Of a stretch of 56,124 bases of DNA, positions 17,592 to 26,950 are shown piece after piece. The position numbers were made by a program, and so were the translations under genes. The number at the start of each line of letters is the position of its first letter. Position 1 is the stretch's first letter. The notes beneath the pieces were generated by a model. The model was given only the letters and a program-made list of their open reading frames with translations, did not search any database and was not told the origin of the DNA. The DNA comes from a virus (lineage: Duplodnaviria > Caudoviricetes), in the IMG/VR virus record IMGVR_UViG_3300030116_004829, positions 1 through 56,124 of that record, one strand, 5' to 3'.

Positions 17592-17693
17592 TTCCTTTCT
17601 CAACCTTATATATACTCTATCTTATTTTGTTTCAAAAGTAAAGGATTATTTTTGATTTTATTAAAAAAAGATTCCTTTAAAAACAATGACTTA
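17592..17693 (-). promoter_or_regulatory. Leftward early promoter-RBS cassette
   Basis: TAAGTCATTGTTTTTAAA box, -35 TTTACT (17642-17637), 17 nt, -10 TAGAGT, then GAGAAAGGA. Confidence 0.8.
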
Positions 17694-17704
17694 ACCCAAC
17701 CACT

Positions 17705-17948
17705 GGTTTCGGTTACCAATTATTTTAAGATTAAGTAACTTTAATAAACGATTGTAAACATTAATATAAGCAGCATTTCGTTACCGAGTAACCGCAAAAG
17801 GTAAGAATTTTTTTATTATTTTTTTATTAAAAAATATTCCCTATATAATAAATTAAAAACCATTGACGTCTATCAAAAAGCTCATTGATCGGTAACGATG
17901 GTTTTTTGGTAACTTGCTTGTTTTAAATAAGAAAGACTGGTAACGCAA
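17705..17948. other. Putative replication origin / iteron-like region
   Basis: Non-coding gap between divergent promoters with 7 GTTAC/GTAAC motifs around an AT-rich core. Confidence 0.5.
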
Positions 17949-17955
17949 AAAAAAC

Positions 17956-17984
17956 TTTACTTTTTTGAAAAAATAAATTAAGGT
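17956..17984 (+). promoter_or_regulatory. Rightward early promoter
   Basis: TTTACT-N17-TAAGGT followed by AGAAAGGA RBS. Confidence 0.7.
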
Positions 17985-18012
17985 TAATTAATTCAGTTAG
18001 AAAGGAATAAAA

Positions 18013-18213
18013 ATGTATATAGCTAAAATTGAACAAAAAAACTTAAATGAGAATTTATTACATGAGTTCGCACACTCTCATGGTTGTACTTATAAAATAT
18101 TAAGTAAAAGTAATTATAAATTTTCATCTGATAATTATAATTATCTTGAAGAATTGGTTCAGCAACTTAGCATTGATCCTAAAAAAGTTATAAGAAAGGA
18201 AAACTATGAATAG
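18013..18213 (+). CDS. Hypothetical early protein
   Basis: 66 aa with strong RBS. Confidence 0.65.
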   Translation: MYIAKIEQKNLNENLLHEFAHSHGCTYKILSKSNYKFSSDNYNYLEELVQQLSIDPKKVIRKENYE

Positions 18214-18463
18214 TTATAAAGTATTTACAAAAGAAAATTTGCGCAGAGCAAATAATTTCGCAATTAAAACTAATCGCAATAGAACATTAAATAAAAAATC
18301 TTTTATGAAACGATCTCAAGAAACTATATTCCCGATTGTTTTCGCATTGGTACACAATGATGTAGAAATGAGAGTTAAAGTTTTATTAAATGACAAAGGT
18401 TTATGGGGATGGCTAGATATTCCTTTTAAAACTTATGATGCTTTGCCGATGGTTGAAGTATGA
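18206..18463 (+). CDS. Hypothetical early protein
   Basis: 85 aa with AGAAAGGA RBS; H...E.R...WLDI pattern. Confidence 0.7.
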   Translation: MNSYKVFTKENLRRANNFAIKTNRNRTLNKKSFMKRSQETIFPIVFALVHNDVEMRVKVLLNDKGLWGWLDIPFKTYDALPMVEV

Positions 18464-18551
18464 TGGAATCTAAAAATTCAATCAAAGAACAATTTAAATT
18501 AAAGCCTATACCAAAAGCGAAATATTTTAATGTTCGTAAAAAAACTAGAGC

Positions 18552-18580
18552 TTTACTAACTAAAAAAAATAAATTAAAAT
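18552..18580 (+). promoter_or_regulatory. Promoter of the replication operon
   Basis: TTTACT-N17-TAAAAT followed by GAGAAAGGA. Confidence 0.7.
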
Positions 18581-18608
18581 AATTTTCTAAATTTGAGAAA
18601 GGAATGCG

Positions 18609-18992
18609 ATGGCAAAAGTTTATTTAGTTAATAGACCAAAAGTTAATAAGTTCGGTTGGACACCAGATTTATCTGATGCTTCTCGATATGGTTCTTTAGA
18701 AGTTGTTTTTGAAAATAATGACAAACCACAATTTTTGCCCAGTCCTTCAATTCAAAAAGCTAGGCAAATTATGAAAAACTTTTGTTCAGAGGATTATATC
18801 CTTTGGCCAGGAGGTGGAGACCCAATTGCAGTTATGATTGTATGCATGATTGCTTCTGAGAACTCCCCAATCGTTCGTGTCTTAAGATGGGAGCGAAATA
18901 TAGAAGAAGGTGACAGAGATCGACGTAAAGGTTGGTATATGCCTGTTGCCCTAGAAATGAGAAAGGAAAGTGATGACAATAAATCCACTTGA
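18609..18992 (+). CDS. Conserved hypothetical protein (alpha/beta)
   Basis: DLS.A.RYG...DYIL..GGDP...LRW.R...Y.P pattern. Confidence 0.7.
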   Translation: MAKVYLVNRPKVNKFGWTPDLSDASRYGSLEVVFENNDKPQFLPSPSIQKARQIMKNFCSEDYILWPGGGDPIAVMIVCMIASENSPIVRVLRWERNIEEGDRDRRKGWYMPVALEMRKESDDNKST

Positions 18993-19563
18993 TGATGTTG
19001 CACCTGCATCAAATTCTTTAGGTGCTATTACTGATATGGGTCAAAAGATGTATGATCTACTAAAAGAGATCAAAGAGCTTGAAGACTTGTTGAAGAAAAA
19101 GAAGTGGGATTTCACAAATTTAGCTGAACATGAATTACCTGATTTAATGCAAGAGCTGAACTGTAGAGATTTTACATTATCCAATGGAACTAAATGTGAA
19201 ATAAAAGAAATCCTTTCAGGTTCAATCCCATCTAATGGAGCGATAGAAAAAGCAAAAGGCGATGACAAATTGGATTTGGAGATGAGGCAGAAGCAATGTT
19301 TAGATTGGCTGCGAGATAATAATCATGGCGACCTAATAAAAAGCAATGTGACTGTCCCATTTAGTAAGACAGAAGATAAACAATGTAATGAGTTTGTAAA
19401 TGAGTTGCGTGAAAAAAATATCTTCTACAATCGTGCTGTTGGAGTTCATCATGGTCAGCTTAATGCTCTGCTCAAAGAAAGAGTTGAAGACGGCAAAGAG
19501 ATACCATATGATCTTTTCAAGGTATTCACTGGAAGAAAAGCTATTTTTGTGAAAGGAAGTTAA
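18970..19563 (+). CDS. Conserved replication/recombination-associated protein
   Basis: LPDLM.EL...L.NG, WLR.N.HGDLIK and VH..QL.A motifs; upstream of the SSB-like gene. Confidence 0.7.
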   Translation: MMTINPLDDVAPASNSLGAITDMGQKMYDLLKEIKELEDLLKKKKWDFTNLAEHELPDLMQELNCRDFTLSNGTKCEIKEILSGSIPSNGAIEKAKGDDKLDLEMRQKQCLDWLRDNNHGDLIKSNVTVPFSKTEDKQCNEFVNELREKNIFYNRAVGVHHGQLNALLKERVEDGKEIPYDLFKVFTGRKAIFVKGS

Positions 19564-19564
19564 A

Positions 19565-20353
19565 ATGGCAAGTACACAAGAAAAAACAGAAGTTGTAACT
19601 TTTGACGCTTCTATATTAATAGAAGATGCAGACGCATCTTTAAAAAATATGACACAAGATGATTTACTCATCCCACGTCTTAAAATACTACAAGCACAAT
19701 CTCCAGAAGTAAATAAAGCTGATGGTGGTTATGTTAAAGGTGCTGAAGCTGGACATATTTATGATAATGTTTCTGGCAACATAACGGATGGTTCAAAAGG
19801 TTTAACAGTTGTTCCTGTAAGTTATCGCAAAACATTTATAGAATGGACAGCTGAAAGAAAGCTTGTTGCTGATCATGGTTTAGAGCCAGCCAACATAAGT
19901 CAGTTCGAAGCTAATGAAAAAGGTGCTTTAATAAATAATGAAAATAAAAACACTTTATCTTTGACAGCAGAATATTTCGTTTATGTAATCGAAGATGATG
20001 ATACTTTTAGTCCAGCAATCGTTTCTATGAGCTCATCAGGTTTAAAAAAATCAAAAAGATGGAACTCTATGATTAATAGATTGCAAATCCCTCACCCACA
20101 AGGGAAAGGTACTATAAATCCTGCTATGTTCTGGACAGCCTATAAATTAAAAACAATCCCAGAGCAAAATGATTTTGGTTCTTGGTTTAATTGGGAAATT
20201 GAAATGAAATATGATGCTAAGAGTGGTGGCATATTAAAACAATTATCTAATGGTCAAGATCTATATCTAGAAGCACGTGAATTCAGTAAGAAGGTAAGAA
20301 GTGGTGATGTAAAAGTTGCTCCTGATACTCCTGCTGAAGATGAAGCAATGTAA
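19565..20353 (+). CDS. Putative single-stranded DNA-binding / recombination protein
   Basis: DLLIPRLKILQA.SPEV, K.SKRWN and N..GSWF.W motifs; acidic C-terminal tail. Confidence 0.65.
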   Translation: MASTQEKTEVVTFDASILIEDADASLKNMTQDDLLIPRLKILQAQSPEVNKADGGYVKGAEAGHIYDNVSGNITDGSKGLTVVPVSYRKTFIEWTAERKLVADHGLEPANISQFEANEKGALINNENKNTLSLTAEYFVYVIEDDDTFSPAIVSMSSSGLKKSKRWNSMINRLQIPHPQGKGTINPAMFWTAYKLKTIPEQNDFGSWFNWEIEMKYDAKSGGILKQLSNGQDLYLEAREFSKKVRSGDVKVAPDTPAEDEAM

Positions 20354-20373
20354 TCTGTACAATAACTTGCATT

Positions 20374-20413
20374 GCGAGAGCCATCAGTTTCTGGCCTGTT
20401 TCTGATGGCTCGC
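20374..20413 (+). promoter_or_regulatory. Hairpin between ssb and the primase RBS (attenuator or processing site)
   Basis: GAGCCATCAG/CTGATGGCTC 10-bp perfect stem plus flanking GC pairs, immediately before AGAAAGGA. Confidence 0.55.
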
Positions 20414-20430
20414 TTTAGAAAGGATTTAAT

Positions 20431-21960
20431 ATGGCAGTAAAAAAATTCATGGAGCTTTTTCAAGGATATGAACTTGCACATGGTCAATACAGGGTAAATA
20501 AAAAAGAAGCCGATGGAAAATTATCGGGAAGAGCAGTTACAGTCAGCGAGCCTGTTACAGAAAAAAATTATAAAGAACATCTTAATGGTGGTGAATATAT
20601 TTTAGGAATCATTCCTTTATTAATAGATAACAGTTGCCATTTTGGACTTATTGATGTTGACATTAGAGGTGAAGCAAAGTTAAATGAAACACTGGAAAGT
20701 CTTGAAAAGAAAATTAGAGAACTGCCATTGGTTCTTTGTCGTTCTAAAAGTGGTGGTGCTCATTTGTACATGTTTTGCAATCCTAGCATTCCTGCAATTG
20801 ATATGGTCACTAAATTAAATGAGTTTGCTGCACAACTAGGTTATGGTGGTTCAGAAATATTTCCTAAACAGATATCTAGAGCCAATGATAGAGATCGTGG
20901 AAACTGGATTAATTTATGTTATTGGAATGGCAATGAGACTGAAAGGTACGCAATTCACAAAGGTAAAAAATTAAAACTAGAAGAATTTATTGAATTAGCA
21001 GAAAAGAAAAGAACCAATTATGAGGAACTAGAAAAATTAAATTTAAATTTGGTTGATAATTTTAGCGATGGACCACCTTGTTTACAACATATTATGACAA
21101 TGGGTTTTCCAGAAGGTGGCAGGAATAATTCTTTATTTAATGTCGGTGTATATTTTAGAAAAAAGAATCCAGACGACTGGCAAGAAGATTTAATGAAATT
21201 TAATTATGAACATGTCAGTGAACCTTTACCATCTTCAGAAGTCAATGGTTTGGTCAAAGCAGTGAGTCGCAAAGATTATGCTTATACATGCAAGCAAACA
21301 CCTCTCTGTAATTATTGTGAAAAATCTAAATGCATGAAAAGAAGCTATGGCATCGGTGGTATTGGTGGTGGTTTAGCTTTAGAAGTGGATGCCATTACAA
21401 AGTACGAAACTGAAAATAGACAATCAGTGCGTTGGTATATAGAAATGCAAGGTGAGAGAATAGAAGTGACAACACCTCAATTATTAGATCAGAAACAACT
21501 ACAGAAAATTTGCGTAGAAAAACTTAACAAATGTCCCAGCACTATGCCAGCACCTAAATGGGAGAAAAGAATAAATGAGTTGTTGCAAAGTGTAGAGATA
21601 GTTATAGATCCAGATGATGCTTCTCCACAAGGTCAATTTGAAAAAGTTCTAGACGGATTTTTGACAGGTAAAGTTCAAGCTAGACAAAGAGATGAAATTA
21701 TGAATGGCAAACCATGGCATGATTCAGATGAGGGCAAAGTTTATTTTAGGTCAGAAGATTTATTTATTTATCTAGAAGCAAGAAGATTTCGTTTTCCTAG
21801 CCAACATCAAGTTTGGTCTTGGCTTAGATCTTTAGGTGGTGATAGAAAAACCTTTCGCATTAAAGGAAAACCAGTTAAAGTATGGTCAGTACCAGAACCA
21901 GAATTTTTTGACGAAGAAGATTCTCTTGATATACCTAGTGAAGTAATGGAAGATTTTTAA
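20431..21960 (+). CDS. AEP-superfamily DNA primase with PriCT and Cys cluster
   Basis: IDVD (motif I), RSKSGGAHLY (motif II), GPPCL...EGGRNN (PriCT), C...C..C....C. Confidence 0.85.
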   Translation: MAVKKFMELFQGYELAHGQYRVNKKEADGKLSGRAVTVSEPVTEKNYKEHLNGGEYILGIIPLLIDNSCHFGLIDVDIRGEAKLNETLESLEKKIRELPLVLCRSKSGGAHLYMFCNPSIPAIDMVTKLNEFAAQLGYGGSEIFPKQISRANDRDRGNWINLCYWNGNETERYAIHKGKKLKLEEFIELAEKKRTNYEELEKLNLNLVDNFSDGPPCLQHIMTMGFPEGGRNNSLFNVGVYFRKKNPDDWQEDLMKFNYEHVSEPLPSSEVNGLVKAVSRKDYAYTCKQTPLCNYCEKSKCMKRSYGIGGIGGGLALEVDAITKYETENRQSVRWYIEMQGERIEVTTPQLLDQKQLQKICVEKLNKCPSTMPAPKWEKRINELLQSVEIVIDPDDASPQGQFEKVLDGFLTGKVQARQRDEIMNGKPWHDSDEGKVYFRSEDLFIYLEARRFRFPSQHQVWSWLRSLGGDRKTFRIKGKPVKVWSVPEPEFFDEEDSLDIPSEVMEDF

Positions 21961-22146
21961 ATGACAGGAAAATTAATAGAGCCAATTATTTGTTGCATGT
22001 GTGGAACTAAAATATATAACATCATGGATAGTCATAATCCAGAACCAGCTTTTAAATATCCTGATAGATGCTGCAATGCTTGTAATGAAAAAATTGTAGT
22101 TGAAAGGATTAAAGACATGAAAAATGTAAGAGAGATGTTCGAATGA
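21961..22146 (+). CDS. Small Zn-finger protein
   Basis: CCMC...HNP.P...RCCNACN. Confidence 0.65.
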   Translation: MTGKLIEPIICCMCGTKIYNIMDSHNPEPAFKYPDRCCNACNEKIVVERIKDMKNVREMFE

Positions 22147-22304
22147 AATGTTATGTTTGTAAAGAAAAATTAATTTGGGGTGGCGACCATTCATCAGAAG
22201 AAAATGAGGAATATGATATTGTAACAAATTTGTCTTGTAATAATTGTGGTGCTTTTGTATTGGTTTATCAAAAAGCTAAAAAATTTAATGGCGAATATCA
22301 ATGA
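22143..22304 (+). CDS. Small Zn-finger protein (53 aa)
   Basis: MKCYVC...LIWGGDH...NLSCNNC; ATGA overlap; missed by the ORF track. Confidence 0.65.
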   Translation: MKCYVCKEKLIWGGDHSSEENEEYDIVTNLSCNNCGAFVLVYQKAKKFNGEYQ

Positions 22305-22480
22305 TGATTTGCTCTAAATGTTTTAAAGAAATAATAGAAGGTGAAAACCATTATTGTCATGAGTCATATTATAATTATATAAAAAGAAGACTGAGGGAAG
22401 ATTTAGAAAGGAATAAGTTTGAGACACGTACAGATAATTCTTGGACCACCAGGAACAGGAAAGACAACAACACTTCTTAA
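22301..22480 (+). CDS. Small Cys/His protein (59 aa)
   Basis: MMICSKC...HYCH; ATGA overlap; 3' end overlaps the helicase start. Confidence 0.4.
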   Translation: MMICSKCFKEIIEGENHYCHESYYNYIKRRLREDLERNKFETRTDNSWTTRNRKDNNTS

Positions 22481-23879
22481 TATTGTTGAAAGCAGTTTAA
22501 AAAGAAAAGTACCACCAGAAAGAATTGCTTATCTTGCTTTTACAAGGAAGGCTGCAAACGAAGCTCAGGAGAGAGCTATGGTGCAATTTGGTTTTGATGC
22601 TGATCGTTTTCCTTTTTTCAGAACTTTGCACTCTCTTGCTTTTAAAAGATTAGGATTGCAAAGAGATGAAGTCATGGGTGATATTCATTATCGTAAAATC
22701 GGCAAAGCTTTAGGAATACAATTTAAAGGTATTTATGATGAAGATTTAGGATTACATGTTGGGGATGGTTTAGGAGATAAATGCTCACGAATTGAATCTT
22801 TGGCTAGAGTTGGTCTTCGATCTATTGAACATCAATATAGTATTAGCAACCAATATGATTTAACATTGCATGCAGTAAAACAATATGCTGAAAGTTTATT
22901 AATTTACAAAAAACAAAATGGTCTTTTAGATTTTACAGACATGCTAGAAAAATATATAGAACCATTACCAATAGATGTTTGCATAATTGATGAAGCACAA
23001 GATTTAAGTTCTTTGCAATATCGCATGGCAATAAAAGCATCTTCAGAAGCTTCTGAAATTTATATAGCAGGTGACGATGATCAAGCTATATTTGGTTGGG
23101 CAGGAGCTGATGTAAATAAATTTTTAAATTTGAAAGGTGACAAAAGAATACTTCCACAATCTTTTAGAGTTCCTATGTCAGTTCATAAATTAGCAACTGA
23201 TGTTGTAAAAAGAATAAGGAAAAGATATGTAAAACCATGGCAATCTAGATTAGAAAAAGGTCGAGTGATTTATGTTTCTGAAGAAAATAATATCGACTTT
23301 GGTGGAGAGGGAACTTGGCTTTGTATGGCTCGTAGTAAATATTTATTAAATAGATTTAAAAAAATTGTAAGGCAACAAGGCTATGCGTATAATTACAATG
23401 GTAAAAGTTCTTTAGATAGCGATGAAACTAAAGCCATAGTGTCTTGGGAAAAAATACGCAAAAATGAATCTATATCTATGGTTGATGCTAAAAATTTAAT
23501 AAACTTTTTTGCTTTTAAAGTAAGATTGGAAAAAAGAGATTCATATAATTATGAGCACATTTGTTCAAAAGAATCGTTTAAAGGTTTTGATTGGATGACG
23601 ATGTTAAGAAGAATAGCACCAGACGAGAGAGAATATTTAAGGTCTTGCATGAGGAATGGAGAAAATTTTAAAAGTAAACCAAGAATAACTATTTCAACAA
23701 TCCATCAAAGTAAAGGTGGTGAAGCAGATAATGTTGTATTGGCTACTGATATGGGTAAATTAAGTTGGGACAGTTTAGGAACAGATGAGGAGAATAGAGT
23801 ATGGTATGTTGCATTGACTCGTACAAAAGAAAATTTGTATCTTATAAGACCGAGAGGATTAAAGTTTTTTTCTTTATAA
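22419..23879 (+). CDS. Superfamily 1 (UvrD/Rep-like) helicase
   Basis: GPPGTGKT, AFTRKAA, TLHS, DEAQD, GDDDQAI, STIHQSKGGE and YVALTR. Confidence 0.93.
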   Translation: MRHVQIILGPPGTGKTTTLLNIVESSLKRKVPPERIAYLAFTRKAANEAQERAMVQFGFDADRFPFFRTLHSLAFKRLGLQRDEVMGDIHYRKIGKALGIQFKGIYDEDLGLHVGDGLGDKCSRIESLARVGLRSIEHQYSISNQYDLTLHAVKQYAESLLIYKKQNGLLDFTDMLEKYIEPLPIDVCIIDEAQDLSSLQYRMAIKASSEASEIYIAGDDDQAIFGWAGADVNKFLNLKGDKRILPQSFRVPMSVHKLATDVVKRIRKRYVKPWQSRLEKGRVIYVSEENNIDFGGEGTWLCMARSKYLLNRFKKIVRQQGYAYNYNGKSSLDSDETKAIVSWEKIRKNESISMVDAKNLINFFAFKVRLEKRDSYNYEHICSKESFKGFDWMTMLRRIAPDEREYLRSCMRNGENFKSKPRITISTIHQSKGGEADNVVLATDMGKLSWDSLGTDEENRVWYVALTRTKENLYLIRPRGLKFFSL

Positions 23880-23883
23880 TCAG

Positions 23884-23971
23884 TAAGTCATTGTTTTTAA
23901 AGAGAAAGAAAATACTTTACTTTTTTATAAAAAAGAGATAGAATAATTTTATTGTTTTATTTGAGAAAGGA
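23884..23971 (+). promoter_or_regulatory. Promoter-RBS cassette
   Basis: TAAGTCATTGTTTTTAAA box, TTTACT(23916)-N17-TAGAAT, GAGAAAGGA. Confidence 0.8.
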
Positions 23972-23979
23972 AATTTAAT

Positions 23980-24609
23980 ATGAATAAAGTTTTTACAATT
24001 GATTTAAAAAGTCTTAATGTTAATGCTTATGTTAGCAGATATGTTGCTAAACAACATGGTAACGGCATGGCAGTATTTGATAATGCCGATGAGCTTTTAG
24101 AAAATCCTAATATGACAACTAATAAAGTTTTAGATGTTTTCAACAAAGTATCTCCTAAGCAAGTTAAAAGATTTGCTGATAGAAAAACTGGTGTTAAAAG
24201 ATTATTTAGTCTTATAAGTGAAACACCACTTACAAAAACTAATTGGGATTCAGGTGAATACAATCAAAAAGTTTTAGCTCAAATGGATGAAGCTAAAAAG
24301 AAATCAGATCAAGTTTTCAAAAAAGCTTGGGACGAGATGGAACTATACAAAGAAAAAGTTCCTACATCTGGACCGAAAGTTTCTAAACCACGAGGTCAGT
24401 TTGCTAATAAAAAGATCCGTTGTTTAGTAGATTGGAATCCTAGAAAAGAAGGCACTCGTGCTTGGAATAACTTTCAATTGTTTTTAGGTCACGGAACAAT
24501 TTCTTATGAAGAGTTTGTAAAGCTCGCAGCTGATCATGGTAGCAATCCTGGTGGTTGTAGAGAAGATCTTGCACACGACTTGAAAAAAGGCAGAGTTGAA
24601 ATTGTCTAA
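23980..24609 (+). CDS. Hypothetical protein (basic; possible nucleic-acid binding)
   Basis: 209 aa; VKRFADRK and C-terminal NPRK.GT...DL.HD..KG. Confidence 0.7.
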   Translation: MNKVFTIDLKSLNVNAYVSRYVAKQHGNGMAVFDNADELLENPNMTTNKVLDVFNKVSPKQVKRFADRKTGVKRLFSLISETPLTKTNWDSGEYNQKVLAQMDEAKKKSDQVFKKAWDEMELYKEKVPTSGPKVSKPRGQFANKKIRCLVDWNPRKEGTRAWNNFQLFLGHGTISYEEFVKLAADHGSNPGGCREDLAHDLKKGRVEIV

Positions 24610-25039
24610 TCGAACTGTAATCCTATGTGATCTTGATGGCACTCTCTCAGACTATTCTGAGAGAGTTCATCTTTATAAAGAAAAAGATTATAAGTCTTTT
24701 AATGAAGCAGGCATAAACGATAAGCCTATTGAAAAAGTTTGCGAGATAATTAGAAATTTACATTCTGATGCTGTTGAAGTTATTGTGATGACAGCTAGAG
24801 ATGAGAGTTGTCGTCGTGATACAGCACTTTGGTTATACAAAAATAAAATACCTTTTGATCAATTGCTAATGAGACCAGAAGGTGATTTTTCTTCAGACCA
24901 AGATTGTAAATCTAAACTATTTGAAATTCATTTTGACATCGAGGATATTTGGTTTGTATTAGAAGACCGAAACTCTGTTGTTGACATGTGGAGAGAAAAA
25001 GGATTAACTTGTTTGCAAGTATCGAGGAGTGATTTTTAA
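24596..25039 (+). CDS. HAD-family phosphatase (PNKP phosphatase-domain-like)
   Basis: DLDGT motif I, TAR motif II, LLMRP, K, EDR..VVDMWR. Confidence 0.88.
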   Translation: MKLSNRTVILCDLDGTLSDYSERVHLYKEKDYKSFNEAGINDKPIEKVCEIIRNLHSDAVEVIVMTARDESCRRDTALWLYKNKIPFDQLLMRPEGDFSSDQDCKSKLFEIHFDIEDIWFVLEDRNSVVDMWREKGLTCLQVSRSDF

Positions 25040-25971
25040 TGAATATATTTGGTGCAGGACTAGCAGGATTATTAGCAGGCAATATGTTTAGAAGATTTAA
25101 GCCAACCTTACATGAAGCTCAAAAAAAGCTTCCTAATAATCATGGTGCTCTTTTAAGATTCAGAACTGATAAAGTTGGGACAGCTTGTGCAATACCTTTT
25201 AAAAAAGTTAAAGTTCAAAAAGCTATAAAATATGATGGCAAGATAATTACAGAACCGAATTTATTTTTGAGTAATTTGTATTCGCAAAAAGTTACAGACT
25301 CAATATTAAGTAGATCTATTAACAACCTTGACCCTGTTGAAAGATATATAGCACCATGGGAACTTATTAATATGATGGCTAAAAATTGTCATATATATAA
25401 AGAATCTCATTTAGATATGAAAGCTATAGAACATCTAAACGAAAATAAAGTCCCAACCATATCAACCATACCAATGCCAGCTCTTATGAAAATAGTTGGT
25501 TGGAAAGACATACCTGAATTTGATTCTAAAAAAATATGGACTCAGAAAGGGAAATTATCTAAACCAGATTGCAATGTTTATCAAACTATTTATTATCCAG
25601 ACCCATTAACTCCATATTATAGGATATCAATTATTGGCAACATTGTTATATCAGAATTTATTATAGAGCCACCAGAAATGATTGGACCACACATATTTAA
25701 TGTTTTGTATGAGGATTTTGGAATAAGGGCAACTGAGATTAATGAGCTAGAACAATCTCATCAAAAGTATGGAAAAATTAAACCAATAAACGAAGCTTTA
25801 AGAAAACAATTTATTTACGAAATGACCACTAAGTATAATATTTATTCTTTAGGTCGTTTTGCAACTTGGAGACAATTGCTGCTAGATGATGTTGTTGAAG
25901 ACTGCCAACACATAGAAAAGTTTATTGACTCTAATTACAATCGGCTAATGCAACAATTAGAAAGGAACTAA
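25039..25971 (+). CDS. FAD-dependent oxidoreductase
   Basis: N-terminal GAGLAG dinucleotide-binding motif with E at the end of beta2; ISTIP and C-terminal LGRFATWR, as in Glf/protoporphyrinogen-oxidase-like flavoproteins. Confidence 0.75.
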   Translation: MNIFGAGLAGLLAGNMFRRFKPTLHEAQKKLPNNHGALLRFRTDKVGTACAIPFKKVKVQKAIKYDGKIITEPNLFLSNLYSQKVTDSILSRSINNLDPVERYIAPWELINMMAKNCHIYKESHLDMKAIEHLNENKVPTISTIPMPALMKIVGWKDIPEFDSKKIWTQKGKLSKPDCNVYQTIYYPDPLTPYYRISIIGNIVISEFIIEPPEMIGPHIFNVLYEDFGIRATEINELEQSHQKYGKIKPINEALRKQFIYEMTTKYNIYSLGRFATWRQLLLDDVVEDCQHIEKFIDSNYNRLMQQLERN

Positions 25972-25972
25972 A

Positions 25973-26620
25973 ATGAGAGTTAAATTAATAAACGCAACTT
26001 CAGATGCTGTTAATCTTTTATTATTTACAAAAAATACTAGACTTATGAATGACGAAGATGCTTACAGTAAAATATCAGCTTGGGATGATGAAAAGAAACA
26101 ATCAGAACTAGACTATATGCTTAATACAATTAGATCGTCTTGGGAATTTATTGACTATACTTTTGATGTAAAAGACGTTACAAGAGGATTTACACATCAG
26201 TTTGTTAGGACTCGTCAAGGTTCATATGCCCAGCAGTCTCAAAGAACTGTTGACATGCAAGGATTTGGGTATTATACTCCTGATAGAATATATAAAGATG
26301 AAACTGCAAATATAATATATGATGATGCGATGCGAATGATAAATGATAAATATCAAGAGCTTAGAAATTTAGGCATCCCAGCAGAAGATGCAAGAGGAAT
26401 ATTACCAACAAATATTCATACGAATATTGTAGCAAAATTCAATTTGAGAACTTTAAGTGAGATGGCAAAATCTAGATTATCTCCGAGAGCTCAAGGTGAA
26501 TATCAAGAGGTGTTTAAATTAATGGTAAAAGAAGTTGTTGCTGTTCATCCATGGGCAGAAGCATTTCTTACACCTAAAGAATGGGCAGCACCTTCAATGG
26601 CGAAACCTTTAAACAAATGA
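25973..26620 (+). CDS. thyX: ThyX-family flavin-dependent thymidylate synthase-like protein (divergent)
   Basis: HQFVRTR....QQSQR, EDARGILP, NLR.L and R....AQGE; canonical RHR reads RTR. Confidence 0.85.
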   Translation: MRVKLINATSDAVNLLLFTKNTRLMNDEDAYSKISAWDDEKKQSELDYMLNTIRSSWEFIDYTFDVKDVTRGFTHQFVRTRQGSYAQQSQRTVDMQGFGYYTPDRIYKDETANIIYDDAMRMINDKYQELRNLGIPAEDARGILPTNIHTNIVAKFNLRTLSEMAKSRLSPRAQGEYQEVFKLMVKEVVAVHPWAEAFLTPKEWAAPSMAKPLNK

Positions 26621-26627
26621 GGCAGTA

Positions 26628-26927
26628 ATGTTTATGAAAAAATACGATCAAGATTTTGTTGACGTTGTACACCATTTAAATAAAAAATATAAAGGTGACA
26701 GAGATAAGACAGCAGAAAAAATGGGTGTTAAAAGAAGAACTATTAGATATATAATTAATAAAAGAAAACCATCAAAATATTATTTATCTGGTGCGAAGCT
26801 TGCGTCAAAAGTTGATAAATTTTTACAACCAGATGCTGTTGTAGAAAGCTTTCATGAACAAAATAGTAAATTAACTATCTGGCAAAGAATAAAAAAACTT
26901 TTAGGAATATTTTACAAAAAGAAATAA
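26628..26927 (+). CDS. Putative HTH DNA-binding protein
   Basis: DKTAEKMGVKRRTIRYII helix-turn-helix pattern. Confidence 0.55.
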   Translation: MFMKKYDQDFVDVVHHLNKKYKGDRDKTAEKMGVKRRTIRYIINKRKPSKYYLSGAKLASKVDKFLQPDAVVESFHEQNSKLTIWQRIKKLLGIFYKKK

Positions 26928-26950
26928 ATTTTAAATGAGAAAGGAACAAA

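Noticed and set aside
18460-18582. 40-aa basic ORF (MMESKNSIKEQ...)
   Set aside because: Weak RBS and it overlaps the 18552 promoter; it may be real but is not supportable.
20402-20408. Second hammerhead at CTGATGG
   Set aside because: The core is not CUGANGA, there is no downstream GAAA or stem III, and it is one arm of a simple hairpin.
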